A DNA stretch of 64,000 nt from Bdellovibrionales bacterium (GTDB lineage Bacteria; Bdellovibrionota; Bdellovibrionia; Bdellovibrionales; JAUICD01), in assembly GCA_965262715.1 (NCBI GenBank), contig OZ253553.1:1952001-2016000 (forward strand). The letters are read 5' to 3'. Positions within the stretch are counted from its first letter, which is position 1, and each line of letters opens with the position of its first letter. The translations under genes were made by a program, and so were the position numbers. The notes beneath the pieces were generated by a model. The model was not told where the DNA came from and searched no databases. It saw only the letters and a list, made by a program, of their open reading frames with translations. This document shows positions 9,638-19,811 of the stretch, piece after piece.

Positions 9638-10718
9638 CAAGCAAGGCAAAAGCACCGCCTTCCACAGCCTTTATAGGCCATCCTAGATCATCTGAAGTGA
9701 TCACATAAGGAAACTGCTCTTTTACATTATTAGATAAAATATATTTGATGCGATGTACTAAATAATGATTTAAAGCTCCACCTCCACATAATACCACAAC
9801 ATCTGGTAGACAAGGTAAATCTGATTTATAGGAGCGCCCAATAAGTTGAGCTGTAAAGTCTGTCAGCGTCGCTGCTTGGTCGGCTCGAGAACACCCTTTC
9901 AAATCCTTAAGGCATTGCTTAAAAAAAACATCAAATTCTTTACGGTCAAAGCTCTTAGGAGGTTTTTTCAAAACCCAAGAAGATGCCATCCACTTTTTAA
10001 TAATAAGAGAGTTTGTAATACCTTGAAAAGCCAGTTGCCCATCCTGATCATAATAAGATTTTCCTTTTGTTATTTTATTTATAAAAGAGTCTATTAAGGT
10101 ATTTCCAGGCCCTATATCATAAGAGATAACAGATCCCTTAAAAATAGATGTGACATTAGCAATTCCCCCTATATTTTGTATAGCAATGTGGGTATCTTTT
10201 ATTTTTCTCTGATGGATTTTTTTAGATTTAGAAGAAAGCCACTGGAAAACCCTTTGCGCGAGAACTTTTTGATGAAACAGAGTAGCAAGAGGAGCACCTT
10301 GTCCACCAAGAGCAATATCCATTGAACGAAAATCTGAGATCACAGGCACCTTTAATTTTATAGCCAAAAAGCAGGGCTTTCCGATTTGTAAAGTAGCATG
10401 TCCACCATGATGATAAACTGTTTGTCCATGTGATCCTATAAGATGTATTTTCCATCGTCTTTTACGTTGGTGTTGAGATAGCTCATTTGCATAGAATTTA
10501 CCTAATTCAAAATCCAATTCGACTAATTGATCGATAGGGAGATTGTGCGAAGTAGCCTTTAAAAGCTTTTGGTAAAGAGCTTTAGGGTATTGAGAGCAGG
10601 CTTGATCTAAAAATGTCATTTTAAAAGGCTTTTTTTGTATACGAGAAAGGACAAAATCCACACCATCCAAACTTGTCCCACTCATAATACCTACAACTTG
10701 AAGATTCTTCCTTATCAT
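9558..10718 (-). CDS. anmK: Anhydro-N-acetylmuramic acid kinase; native C-terminus replaced by repeat-derived sequence
   Basis: GIMSGTSLDGVD, GSHGQT, DFRSMDIALGGQGAPL, NIGGIAN, CGGGA; last ~25 codons lie inside the repeat. Confidence 0.9.
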   Translation of the reverse strand: MIRKNLQVVGIMSGTSLDGVDFVLSRIQKKPFKMTFLDQACSQYPKALYQKLLKATSHNLPIDQLVELDFELGKFYANELSQHQRKRRWKIHLIGSHGQTVYHHGGHATLQIGKPCFLAIKLKVPVISDFRSMDIALGGQGAPLATLFHQKVLAQRVFQWLSSKSKKIHQRKIKDTHIAIQNIGGIANVTSIFKGSVISYDIGPGNTLIDSFINKITKGKSYYDQDGQLAFQGITNSLIIKKWMASSWVLKKPPKSFDRKEFDVFFKQCLKDLKGCSRADQAATLTDFTAQLIGRSYKSDLPCLPDVVVLCGGGALNHYLVHRIKYILSNNVKEQFPYVITSDDLGWPIKAVEGGAFALLAVSLKMPLAPSNFLAVSSTTLVVVKS

Positions 10719-10940
10719 AGTCTATCTTGCCTCCATCTGATTTACAGAGCTTTTTTGATTCTAAAATGCCAACATCTATGGATATCTTGACTTAAGAGTC
10801 CTTAATCTGTCTGTATACTACACTATACAAAATCAATAAAAAATGAAATAATTAGGATATCAAGAGGCCTTCAATTTCTTTTATGAGGTTTTTAAAGATT
10901 TTCTTATTCTTTCTATTCTATCTGTATTGATGACATAGTT

Positions 10941-11032
10941 ATTTAAGAAGGTTTGTGTTGGTTTTATGTTAAAATAATGAAACACACATTAAGATACTTC
11001 ATTTTCAAAAACCCCTTTTTTAAACAATTAAT
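10941..11032. repeat. 92-bp direct repeat (target-site duplication), left copy
   Basis: Identical to 12983-13074; abuts IS terminal inverted repeat. Confidence 0.9.
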
Positions 11033-12982
11033 CCTGAGTTTGGCAGTTGAAAAAATAAAGTTAAGTAATTTTAATTACTTAAAGGCACATTGAGATTTTG
11101 TGCCACTAGGTTTTTGTTTTTTAGTGTGGTTTTTAAGAAAAGTAAATTGCAGTAATGAAGTTATTCTACTTTAAGTTGTTTAGAAGGTATCTTAACTCCT
11201 ATAGCTTTAAATACATCAGCATTGTTACCGTTAATGTCTGTTCTGATCCAAATAGTTTTGTCTTTATATCTGACAGGTATAGCTCGTACTTCTTTCAGCT
11301 TTAACATAGCCTCTGCTACACTTAATGGTCTTGGCTTTATTCTCTTGCCTGTGGTCGCATTATCTTTTAATGTGATCTTTTTTTGATCTAACTTCTTAGC
11401 ACAATAAGCCTCACATAAATAAGATAGAAAACATACAACTAAATGTCCTAATATTCTCTTGTCTGTCCAGTGGAACATAGGACGTGTCTTTAATGTACCC
11501 TTCAACTCTCTAAATGAATTCTCTACCTTCCATAACTGCTTATAGTTCATTATAATCTCTTCAGAGCTTAAATCTGTATTTGTAATTATTCCAAAAAAAC
11601 CATCTGTCTTTTCTGACTCATTTATAGCTGACTTATTTAAAGTAGGCTTGCCTTTACTCTTAGGATGAGTGATGTATTTCTTATAATTACTATTAGATAA
11701 AAAAGATCTTGTGCTTATGGACTTCTTTGATAATTGAGCTTCTATCTTAGATAGAATATCTTCTCTTACTTTCTTATCTCGTTCTGCTCTCTTTCTTGAC
11801 CATGTAATTATACAACGATCATTATTATAGCTCGTCTCGTATATAGCTAAATCTTCATTTATAAATTTAAAATTCTTTATACTATATATCTCTTCATGAC
11901 GATCCTTTAATAAACCTAGCTTTAATCCTACTATAAATTCATCTCCCTTTGCTTTTAGAGATTGGAGATTCTTATTAGAAAATAAACCTCTATCTCCTAC
12001 TAATATAAATCTTCTGATCTTAAACTTCTTCTTTAACTTTGTCATAACTGAAGGTATTGTTTTACCTTCAAAGGTATTCCCGGGATAAACATCAAATCCT
12101 AAGGGCATACCTTCTGTATCTACTAAAAGTCCAAATACCACCTGGGTACAATCACTTCTTTTCTCTTTGCTATAACCAAATCTCCGAAGATTATCTAAAT
12201 CCTCACGGGTGCTCTCAAACCTCAATGTCGTTAAATCATACAAAATAACATCACACTCATTGAAAAAACTTAACTGAGACTTACCTCGCATATAAAGACT
12301 CTTCTCTATATCTTCCTTATGGTGAGATAGAATATCTAAAGAACGATAAATATCATCGATCTTAAGATCCTTCTCTAAAAAATCAGGGTAAAATAACTGT
12401 TGCCAATGTGAATATAATTTCAGCTTAGAACATGGCTCTATGAATCGATTTACAACTAATGTAAAAACTACCTTCATAAGATCAAATGCAACTTTAGGAT
12501 GTCGCTTCTGTATATCTTTTAGTAATTCATACAAACCCAATTGCTTAAATAGGGTATCTATAATAAGTAAGGGACCTAATATAAAAGTGTTCTGTACATC
12601 AATCTCTTTAGCTATTTGACTGGCAGATACAACATCTAAATGACGGCTTAGAAGAGCAAGAAGATCTTCTAGTCGAGCATCTTTAGCTCGGCCTAAAGAC
12701 ATGAGGGTTCTATGGTTACTTTTACCATCTTTCCAATAGCTTTCAGCTATGTGATAGTAAGCTTGGCCTCTGGAGTTTTTTGTCTTCTTTATGAACATAG
12801 AGATATACTAGGATAAAAATATAAAAAATCAAGTAAAATAAGTATATAATGCAGTGTATAATAATAAGTTGTTTCACTAGGACTTTTGACCAAAACTCAA
12901 ACCCAATAACCCCTAACTACTATAAATAAAGCATTCTTTAAAAAAAATGTTCCGAAAATTAAAATTAACTGCCAAACTCAGG
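11033..12982 (-). mobile_element. IS1634-family insertion sequence
   Basis: 16-bp TIRs CCTGAGTTTGGCAGTT (11033-11048) / AACTGCCAAACTCAGG (12967-12982); long flanking direct repeats. Confidence 0.9.
11161..12798 (-). CDS. IS1634-family DDE transposase
   Basis: YDLTTLRFE, FGYSKEKRSD, VGDRG, YKQLWKVENSFRELK, RPMFHW motifs. Confidence 0.92.
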   Translation of the reverse strand: MFIKKTKNSRGQAYYHIAESYWKDGKSNHRTLMSLGRAKDARLEDLLALLSRHLDVVSASQIAKEIDVQNTFILGPLLIIDTLFKQLGLYELLKDIQKRHPKVAFDLMKVVFTLVVNRFIEPCSKLKLYSHWQQLFYPDFLEKDLKIDDIYRSLDILSHHKEDIEKSLYMRGKSQLSFFNECDVILYDLTTLRFESTREDLDNLRRFGYSKEKRSDCTQVVFGLLVDTEGMPLGFDVYPGNTFEGKTIPSVMTKLKKKFKIRRFILVGDRGLFSNKNLQSLKAKGDEFIVGLKLGLLKDRHEEIYSIKNFKFINEDLAIYETSYNNDRCIITWSRKRAERDKKVREDILSKIEAQLSKKSISTRSFLSNSNYKKYITHPKSKGKPTLNKSAINESEKTDGFFGIITNTDLSSEEIIMNYKQLWKVENSFRELKGTLKTRPMFHWTDKRILGHLVVCFLSYLCEAYCAKKLDQKKITLKDNATTGKRIKPRPLSVAEAMLKLKEVRAIPVRYKDKTIWIRTDINGNNADVFKAIGVKIPSKQLKVE

Positions 12983-13074
12983 ATTTAAGAAGGTTTGTGT
13001 TGGTTTTATGTTAAAATAATGAAACACACATTAAGATACTTCATTTTCAAAAACCCCTTTTTTAAACAATTAAT
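12983..13074. repeat. 92-bp direct repeat (target-site duplication), right copy
   Basis: Identical to 10941-11032. Confidence 0.9.
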
Positions 13075-13155
13075 TTAAAGTTCTATTAAATAAGCATGTA
13101 TCGGCATATTATTTATTCACTAAAATAAAAAATTCTATCGGCTTAAATTGAAAAT

Positions 13156-13567
13156 TTAAAAAGAAAAAGAGAAGTGACCATCATTAGACATATAAAAACA
13201 ACCCTTACAAAGAATATCCCTACCTAAAAGCACATCATAGTCTTTTTTAAGTAGAAGGACTTGTGTTACTTGTAGATACACTTTACTCATTGCTATTAAA
13301 TCTTGAGTTAATGATGAGTCAAGAACAAAACCAAAGGAAACATCATAAACAAAAGTGTCTTTTATGCCTGAAGGACTTGATATTGTTATTTGCCCATTAG
13401 GGTGTAAATCTAAATCTTTTACAACTTTTTCTGATACACAAGTGCTATCTGCACCAGTATCAATAAGGGCATTGTACTTGCTAGTCTTATTATTGACTAA
13501 TCGATGTAATAATAACTTGAATTAAAGGACCAATACCTTTGTGATATTTAGATGACAGGCATGGCAT
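13156..13567 (-). pseudogene. Frameshifted retropepsin-like aspartyl protease
   Basis: Manual translation: MPCLSSKYHKGIGPLIQV / ..ALIDTGADSTCVS..YDVLLGRDIL / CKGCFYMSNDGHFSFSF*, needing two frameshifts. Confidence 0.75.
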
Positions 13568-13838
13568 AAGAAAAATACCCTAAATCAATTGGCATCTCCT
13601 TAATGTGTTGTATTGAAAAGATATCGTCTTTATAATTCATTTCTGCCCTTTTATGTGCATCTTCAAGTGATTTAAAAAAATCAATTATTTTACCATCTTT
13701 CATAAGGGCATATTCATTTTTGTGTGTCTTAAGAAGCTCTGGAAGTTGTTCAATAAAAACCTTAAAATTGCTTTTTATTTGCTCCTCTCGTTTTAAGTCC
13801 TTATTTTTCAAGTCTTGATTGATTTCCATCATAAGCAA
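13548..13838 (-). CDS. Small DUF5678-like protein upstream of the aspartyl protease
   Basis: LPELLKTHKNEYALMKDGKIIDFF..DA motif; overlaps start of protease pseudogene. Confidence 0.6.
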   Translation of the reverse strand: MLMMEINQDLKNKDLKREEQIKSNFKVFIEQLPELLKTHKNEYALMKDGKIIDFFKSLEDAHKRAEMNYKDDIFSIQHIKEMPIDLGYFSYAMPVI

Positions 13839-14253
13839 GACTCCTTACTCTTAATATAATATTACATTTTTTATGATTAATCAATATCTCATGAAGCGTC
13901 ATATTGAAACAAATAAGGCTTTAAGCAGTTTTTATAAGAACCAATTAAAATAAGTAAAACAAGCTTTGATACTATAATTTATATAGAGCTATCACTTCCA
14001 TATTTGCCATGTATTGAGTTTAAAGGAGCTAGTAGGAAAACCAGAGCTTACGTATTGCTTCATAATGCCTATAGAGATTTTCTCTCATTATAGTCCATTT
14101 TCCTTCTAATTAATTAGACAGCTTTTTTAACCCAAAAGTTTCAACATCTCTAGAGCCTTGACTTAAGAGTCCTTATATCATATCTATCTATACATAAAAT
14201 AAACTAAAGATAAAACGATTTAAGAAAAACGATGATTATAAGAGAACTTTAAG

Positions 14254-15030
14254 ATGTTAAGATGGTTATTGAAAAAAACAAAAAGAATCCCGTATTCAAG
14301 AGCACAAGACGCTTTTCAAAGGAAATCTTTATCCATTATACAAATGTTTTTAGAACAAAAAACACTTCTTCTTGCTATTGGCACTTTTTTATTGCTCGTA
14401 GGCGGCTTTTTTCCCATAAGGCAATATTACAAAGAACAAGCTGAAATAAAAGCACAGAGTCAGCTCTATCTGTCTACTGCTAAATGGGAGGCCCTAAAAA
14501 AAGCAGCTCCTCCAAAAACCACACTCAACCCAGATGAACCAGCTCTACCAACTCAAGAACAACAAGATCAACCTCTTAAAGATGAAGACTATAAACAACT
14601 TCAAGTAGGTTATGAAAGGGTTATTCAAAACCATCAAGGAACAAAAGGTGCTGTTTTAGCTGCTTTGCAATTAGCTAATTTGCACATCAACCAGGGAGAT
14701 ACTAAAGGAGCTCTCTATTCTATGCGGCAAGTTGAATCAACCTTGAATACAGAAAACATAATTGATGCAGTAGCTTTAATGTCTTTAGCCAGCCTTTATG
14801 CGGATAATCAACAGTGTACAAAGGCAATAGAGATTTGGTCAAAGATCATTGATGCATCCGATTTTTCTTTTTTTCATGGAGATGCGCTTCTTAAACAGGG
14901 ACTTTGTTTTGAACAAATGAAAAATACAGACATGGCTTATCAAAATTATCAAAAACTTGAAATGGACTATGGAGATTTTCCTTCAGGTCAAATGGCTCAA
15001 AGACTTTTACACTTAATGGATAAAAAGTAA
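14254..15030 (+). CDS. YfgM-like membrane-anchored TPR protein
   Basis: N-terminal TM, TPR-like helices, adjacent to BamB-like gene. Confidence 0.7.
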   Translation: MLRWLLKKTKRIPYSRAQDAFQRKSLSIIQMFLEQKTLLLAIGTFLLLVGGFFPIRQYYKEQAEIKAQSQLYLSTAKWEALKKAAPPKTTLNPDEPALPTQEQQDQPLKDEDYKQLQVGYERVIQNHQGTKGAVLAALQLANLHINQGDTKGALYSMRQVESTLNTENIIDAVALMSLASLYADNQQCTKAIEIWSKIIDASDFSFFHGDALLKQGLCFEQMKNTDMAYQNYQKLEMDYGDFPSGQMAQRLLHLMDKK

Positions 15031-15031
15031 T

Positions 15032-16126
15032 ATGTATTATTTTGTTTTTATTTTTTTTATATTAACAGCTTGTTCTCATAATCCTGATCTTTCTGTGAAA
15101 GCTCCTCGTGATTTAAAACCTCATTGGATGAAAAACACTTATAAAGAGGACATTCACTCTGATTCAAGAGTTCCTCACCTTATGAAGCCTCTCATTGTTC
15201 AAGACTTTATATTTCAGGGTAATGGTAGAGATGGTTTAGTTGCTTATAATAAAGACACAGGACAAAATTTATGGCGCAAGGATATTGAAGGAGGTGTTCA
15301 AGGTGCTACTTTTCACAATAACCACCTCTATATTTCTGGAGGGGATGGCTTAATTTACAGTGTAAATGCAAATACAGGGGAAACTATATGGACTTATAAT
15401 CTCAAATTAGAAATACTCCATTCTCCTACTTTCCACAAAGGTGTTTTATACATCCTTACAAGCAATAACACAGTCTATGCTTTAACAGCAGAAAAAGGTG
15501 AGCTTAAGTGGACCTATGCTCGTAAAGGAACATCTCTCCCTTTAAATATTTATGGCAATTCTCCTCCTTTAATTTACAAAGACAATATTTTATTGGGGTT
15601 GAGCGATGGATTTTTAGTTTGCATCACACAAGATGCAGGAACTTTGGCCTGGGAAAGGTCATTAAGTCAATACAGTCGTTTTAAAAACTTGTATATCACC
15701 ATACATGAGAACACCGTGTATGCCTCTAGCTATGAGCAAGATATTTATGCTTTGGATGCCAATTCTGGAAGAATAGTTTGGAGTATTGAAAAAATGGGTG
15801 GAAGTTCACCTGTGACTATCGATCAAAACAATATTTTCTTTTCTACATTTAATGGTGATATTGTTTCCGCAGATAAAGCTACAGGAAAGATAAAATGGAA
15901 GCATTCCTTAAAAAATTCAATTGCCACTCGGCCAGTTATTTTTCAAAACACAGTTTATGTAGCTCAAAGCAATGGCCCTTTACTCGCGTTGAATAAAACT
16001 TCTGGGGAGGTGGAAGCTCAATACGATAGAGTGAAAGGAGCTTTAGCTCCTATCCACCTTCAAGACGACAGAATTTACTTGATGTCAAGTGAAGGTCAAC
16101 TTCACGTGATAAGAGCCTCTCACTAA
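15032..16126 (+). CDS. PQQ-type beta-propeller lipoprotein (BamB-like)
   Basis: LTAC lipobox; repeated xxAxxxxTGxxxW blades. Confidence 0.8.
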   Translation: MYYFVFIFFILTACSHNPDLSVKAPRDLKPHWMKNTYKEDIHSDSRVPHLMKPLIVQDFIFQGNGRDGLVAYNKDTGQNLWRKDIEGGVQGATFHNNHLYISGGDGLIYSVNANTGETIWTYNLKLEILHSPTFHKGVLYILTSNNTVYALTAEKGELKWTYARKGTSLPLNIYGNSPPLIYKDNILLGLSDGFLVCITQDAGTLAWERSLSQYSRFKNLYITIHENTVYASSYEQDIYALDANSGRIVWSIEKMGGSSPVTIDQNNIFFSTFNGDIVSADKATGKIKWKHSLKNSIATRPVIFQNTVYVAQSNGPLLALNKTSGEVEAQYDRVKGALAPIHLQDDRIYLMSSEGQLHVIRASH

Positions 16127-16231
16127 ACTTCCTCCATCCTCCTATCTATTGAAAATTTAGACAGTTACAATTTTTCTACAACAGAGCTAAAAATACTTAA
16201 GCTTTAAGCCATTTTTACCGAAGCTTTAATT

Positions 16232-17548
16232 ATGAGAAACCAAAAGTTCAAATATATTACTCTTTTCACTTTAATATTTACATTTATCCTTATCTTTACT
16301 TTCCAAAATTGCACAAAAAATGAAGAAGATGGCCCCGTAATTAGAGCGTCAACAGGAGGAGATAAGGCGGTCTTTAAACTCAGTGAGAAATATAATGGAG
16401 GAAATGATGTCTCTGAGATTTTATGGCAAATAAAGTCTGGCACTTGTGGTATGAGCACAATATCTACCGAGACTGCTTTGAATATTGAGATACCTTGGAA
16501 TCAAGATTATGAAGAAGGTGCATGGGGTGGTTTCCATATAGCAGCTCTCACCCATCTTGAACAAGAAGATTGCTTTATTTATCGCTCTTTTCATTTTAGT
16601 GATGTACTCTCTGTAGATCATTTAAGTTGTGTGCCCCAATATGGCTCTATTTCATTTTCACTTTCTGATGATTCATCAACTGAAAAAATTTATTTCCCTG
16701 CTGGTTCTTCTGTAAAACTTGAATTTAAAGCTTATGACGACTATAAAGGCACCGAAAGATCACTAGAAGACGAGTCTTTCCAGTGGAGTATTAAAAAAGT
16801 CGGAGATGACACAGAGCTTGCTGACTCATCTCACACGTCACATCAACTCACTCACACTTTTTCAGAAATGGGACTCTATGAAATTTCGACAAAATCAACT
16901 TCTTCTTCTGAAAACTCATCTAGATTTTTTGATGATAGACAGCTATTCATTGGCCTTTGTGAAAAAGAAGTAGAAGCTGTAGAAATTATTCTTAGTGAGG
17001 AAAGCTTTGGAAACTTAACACCAGAAGAAGTTTTAGAAACAAGACCCATTTTCAATTATGTCAGACCTTCCGACACAGATTCTAGCAACAAGGTGACTCT
17101 TATTTTTGATGATAGTCGAGAAAGGTATAGTGGACGTTCACCAAGTATTTACAAATATAACAGGAGCAGTTCATCTAAATTTATTGATATTGATATTCAA
17201 AATGCAGACGAATGCTTTTTTGATGATGAACCTATTCTAGCAACATGCATTCAAGCCGCAATAGGATGTCCTCCTGAGCAGCCAGATTGTGGTCTTCATT
17301 GTCCTTATGAGATAAGAGAAGGTTTATCTCCATTGTCATCCTGCAGCGGCAACGCACTAGATATGTCAACACTAGATACAGATACTACAGAGTGCACTGA
17401 TGATATTTTTGTGGTAGCAGCCTCTCAAACAGGTCAGGAATATAAACCACAGAAAACTTTTTATAAACACTGCCCAGCAGATCAAGACTATTGTTACTTT
17501 GGAGAAGAGGGAAATCGACCAAGCGATCATAACTGCCCTTCCTCTTAA
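16232..17548 (+). CDS. Cys-rich exported protein (FQNC motif), tandem paralog 1
   Basis: FTFQNC after hydrophobic leader; PKD-like LTHTFSEMGLYEI; highly similar to 17684-18970. Confidence 0.75.
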   Translation: MRNQKFKYITLFTLIFTFILIFTFQNCTKNEEDGPVIRASTGGDKAVFKLSEKYNGGNDVSEILWQIKSGTCGMSTISTETALNIEIPWNQDYEEGAWGGFHIAALTHLEQEDCFIYRSFHFSDVLSVDHLSCVPQYGSISFSLSDDSSTEKIYFPAGSSVKLEFKAYDDYKGTERSLEDESFQWSIKKVGDDTELADSSHTSHQLTHTFSEMGLYEISTKSTSSSENSSRFFDDRQLFIGLCEKEVEAVEIILSEESFGNLTPEEVLETRPIFNYVRPSDTDSSNKVTLIFDDSRERYSGRSPSIYKYNRSSSSKFIDIDIQNADECFFDDEPILATCIQAAIGCPPEQPDCGLHCPYEIREGLSPLSSCSGNALDMSTLDTDTTECTDDIFVVAASQTGQEYKPQKTFYKHCPADQDYCYFGEEGNRPSDHNCPSS

Positions 17549-17683
17549 ATAATCAAATCACTCATTAAACTTATAGACTCTCCTTATCATCTATGAACAT
17601 TTGCTCAGATTGTTGTCATTTTTCTGCTGCAAAAGGACTTAAAAATATTTAAGTTTTAAGCCATTTTTACCGAATTCTTAACT

Positions 17684-18970
17684 ATGAGAAGTCAAAATTT
17701 CAGATATATTATTATCCCTATGTTGATGTTTCTATTCATCCTTATCTTTGCTTTTCAAAATTGCTCAAAGAGTGAAGATAGCTCTGTGAGGCATACTAGA
17801 GCGTCAACAGGAGGAGACAACGCTGTTTTTAAGCTCAGTGAAAAACATAATGGAGGAGATGATGTATCTGAGATTTTATGGCAAATAAAATCTGGTACTG
17901 GTTGTGGCACAGGCACGATATCTACCGAGACTGCTTTGAATATTGAGATACCTTGGAATCAAGATTATGAACCAGGTACATGGGGGATTTTTAATGTAGC
18001 AGCTCTCACTCATCTTGAACAAGAAGATTGCTTTATTTATCACTCTTTTCGTTTTAGTGATGTACTCTCTGTAGATCATTTAAGTTGTGCGCTCTCTTCC
18101 GGTTTTATTTCATTTTCACTTTCTGACGATTCATCAATTGAAAGAAATTATTTTCCTGTTGGTTCTTCTGTAAATCTGGAAGTTAAGGAATATGAAAGCA
18201 GCATTGAAGAATCATTAGAGAATATTTCTTTTCAGTGGAGCATTAAAAAAGTTGGAGATGACACAGAGCTTGCTGACTCATCTCACACGTCACATCAACT
18301 CACTCACACTTTTTCAGAAATGGGACTCTATGAAGTTTCAATAAAACCAACTTCTCCTTCTGAGAATCTATTTGGGTCTTTTGATGGTACAGATCTATTC
18401 ATTGGTCTCTGTGAAAAAGAAGTAGAAGCTGTAGAAGTTGTTCTTAGTGAGGAAAGCTTTGGAAACTTAACACCAGAAGAAGCTTTAGAAACAAGACCTA
18501 TTTTCAATTATGTCAGACCTTCCGACACAGATTCTAGCAACAAGGTGACTCTTATTTTTGATGATAGTCGAGAAAGGTATAGTGGGCACTCACCACGTAT
18601 TTACAAATATAACAGGAGCAGTTCATCTAAATTTATTGATATTGATATTCAAAATGCAGATGAATGTTTTTTTGATGATGAACCTATTCTAAAAGAATGC
18701 TCACAACCACCAATAGATTGTGTTTATGAAATACGAGAAGGTTTATCTCCATTGTCATCCTGCAGCGGCAAAGCACTAGATATGTCAACACTAGATACAG
18801 ATACTACAGAGTGCACTGACGATATTTTTTTTGTAGTAGCTTCTCAAACAGGTCAGGAATATAAACCACAAAAAACTTTTTATAAGCACTGTCCAGCAGA
18901 TCAAGACTATTGTTACTTTGGAGAAGAAAATTATTACCGACCAAGCGACCATAACTGCCCTTCCTCTTAA
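17684..18970 (+). CDS. Cys-rich exported protein (FQNC motif), tandem paralog 2
   Basis: FAFQNC; long identical blocks with 16232-17548. Confidence 0.75.
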   Translation: MRSQNFRYIIIPMLMFLFILIFAFQNCSKSEDSSVRHTRASTGGDNAVFKLSEKHNGGDDVSEILWQIKSGTGCGTGTISTETALNIEIPWNQDYEPGTWGIFNVAALTHLEQEDCFIYHSFRFSDVLSVDHLSCALSSGFISFSLSDDSSIERNYFPVGSSVNLEVKEYESSIEESLENISFQWSIKKVGDDTELADSSHTSHQLTHTFSEMGLYEVSIKPTSPSENLFGSFDGTDLFIGLCEKEVEAVEVVLSEESFGNLTPEEALETRPIFNYVRPSDTDSSNKVTLIFDDSRERYSGHSPRIYKYNRSSSSKFIDIDIQNADECFFDDEPILKECSQPPIDCVYEIREGLSPLSSCSGKALDMSTLDTDTTECTDDIFFVVASQTGQEYKPQKTFYKHCPADQDYCYFGEENYYRPSDHNCPSS

Positions 18971-19099
18971 GCAACCGACCTTACACAAAATAATTTACAA
19001 GCTCTATTAAACCACCAGTAAAATAAAAAAGCTTATTACATAAAGCCTGACATAATTAGACATCTTTGTGCATCAAGACCAAAAAGAGCTGAAATTTTT

Positions 19100-19153
19100 T
19101 ATTTTGGAGAAGAAAATCACCGACCCAGCCATCATCATTGCCCTTCTTCTTAA
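19100..19153 (+). pseudogene. 3' remnant of a third paralog
   Basis: Encodes YFGEENHRPSHHHCPSS*, matching the C-termini of the two upstream genes. Confidence 0.65.
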
Positions 19154-19171
19154 GTAAATCGATGCTACTGT

Positions 19172-19738
19172 CTATGAAGTGGGTATAACCTGTATGTCTG
19201 GAAAATCTTGTTGAAGTATGGATTCAATAGCATAGAGAGTTCCTGTGACAGCACTAGGACAAGAACCACATGCTCCCTCATAGCGGACATAGAGTTTATC
19301 ATCTTTATAATCGACAATTTCTATATCTCCACCATCTGCTTGCAATCCATCTCTAACTGTTTGGTCTAAGATGCTCTCAATCTTTTGTAATTCTGGAGAT
19401 AGGGCTTCCTTACGTTTGTTTTCATATTCAACTTTCTGTTCATTAAAACAGGGATTATGAGTAGGAAGCCTGGTGATCAGGACAGATTCAATCTGTTTGG
19501 ACAAGTCTTTCCACTTATCAAAAAGACTTGCATCATCGCTTCTTGTGATACTGATCACATTTTCAAAAAAATGCACTTGAATGACCTCTTTAATAGCTAG
19601 AAGATCTCTAGCTAAAGTATTTCCCTTACAATCATCATCTAAGTGAAATGTAGCTTTACCTTGATCAATGACATTTTTTTTTAAAATAAATTTTAGAGCA
19701 TTTGGATTAGGCGTGGATTCTATTTGAAAATCATCCAT
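19172..19738 (-). CDS. NifU/Nfu-family Fe-S scaffold protein
   Basis: ESTPNPNALKF N-domain; DGGDIE..GACGSCPS. Confidence 0.9.
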   Translation of the reverse strand: MDDFQIESTPNPNALKFILKKNVIDQGKATFHLDDDCKGNTLARDLLAIKEVIQVHFFENVISITRSDDASLFDKWKDLSKQIESVLITRLPTHNPCFNEQKVEYENKRKEALSPELQKIESILDQTVRDGLQADGGDIEIVDYKDDKLYVRYEGACGSCPSAVTGTLYAIESILQQDFPDIQVIPTS

Positions 19739-19811
19739 ATAAATTAAGATGTTATTTTTTCTATTTGAGTATTTTTCATATTACCTTTCTTTTTTAGAAG
19801 TTGCTCTTGCA

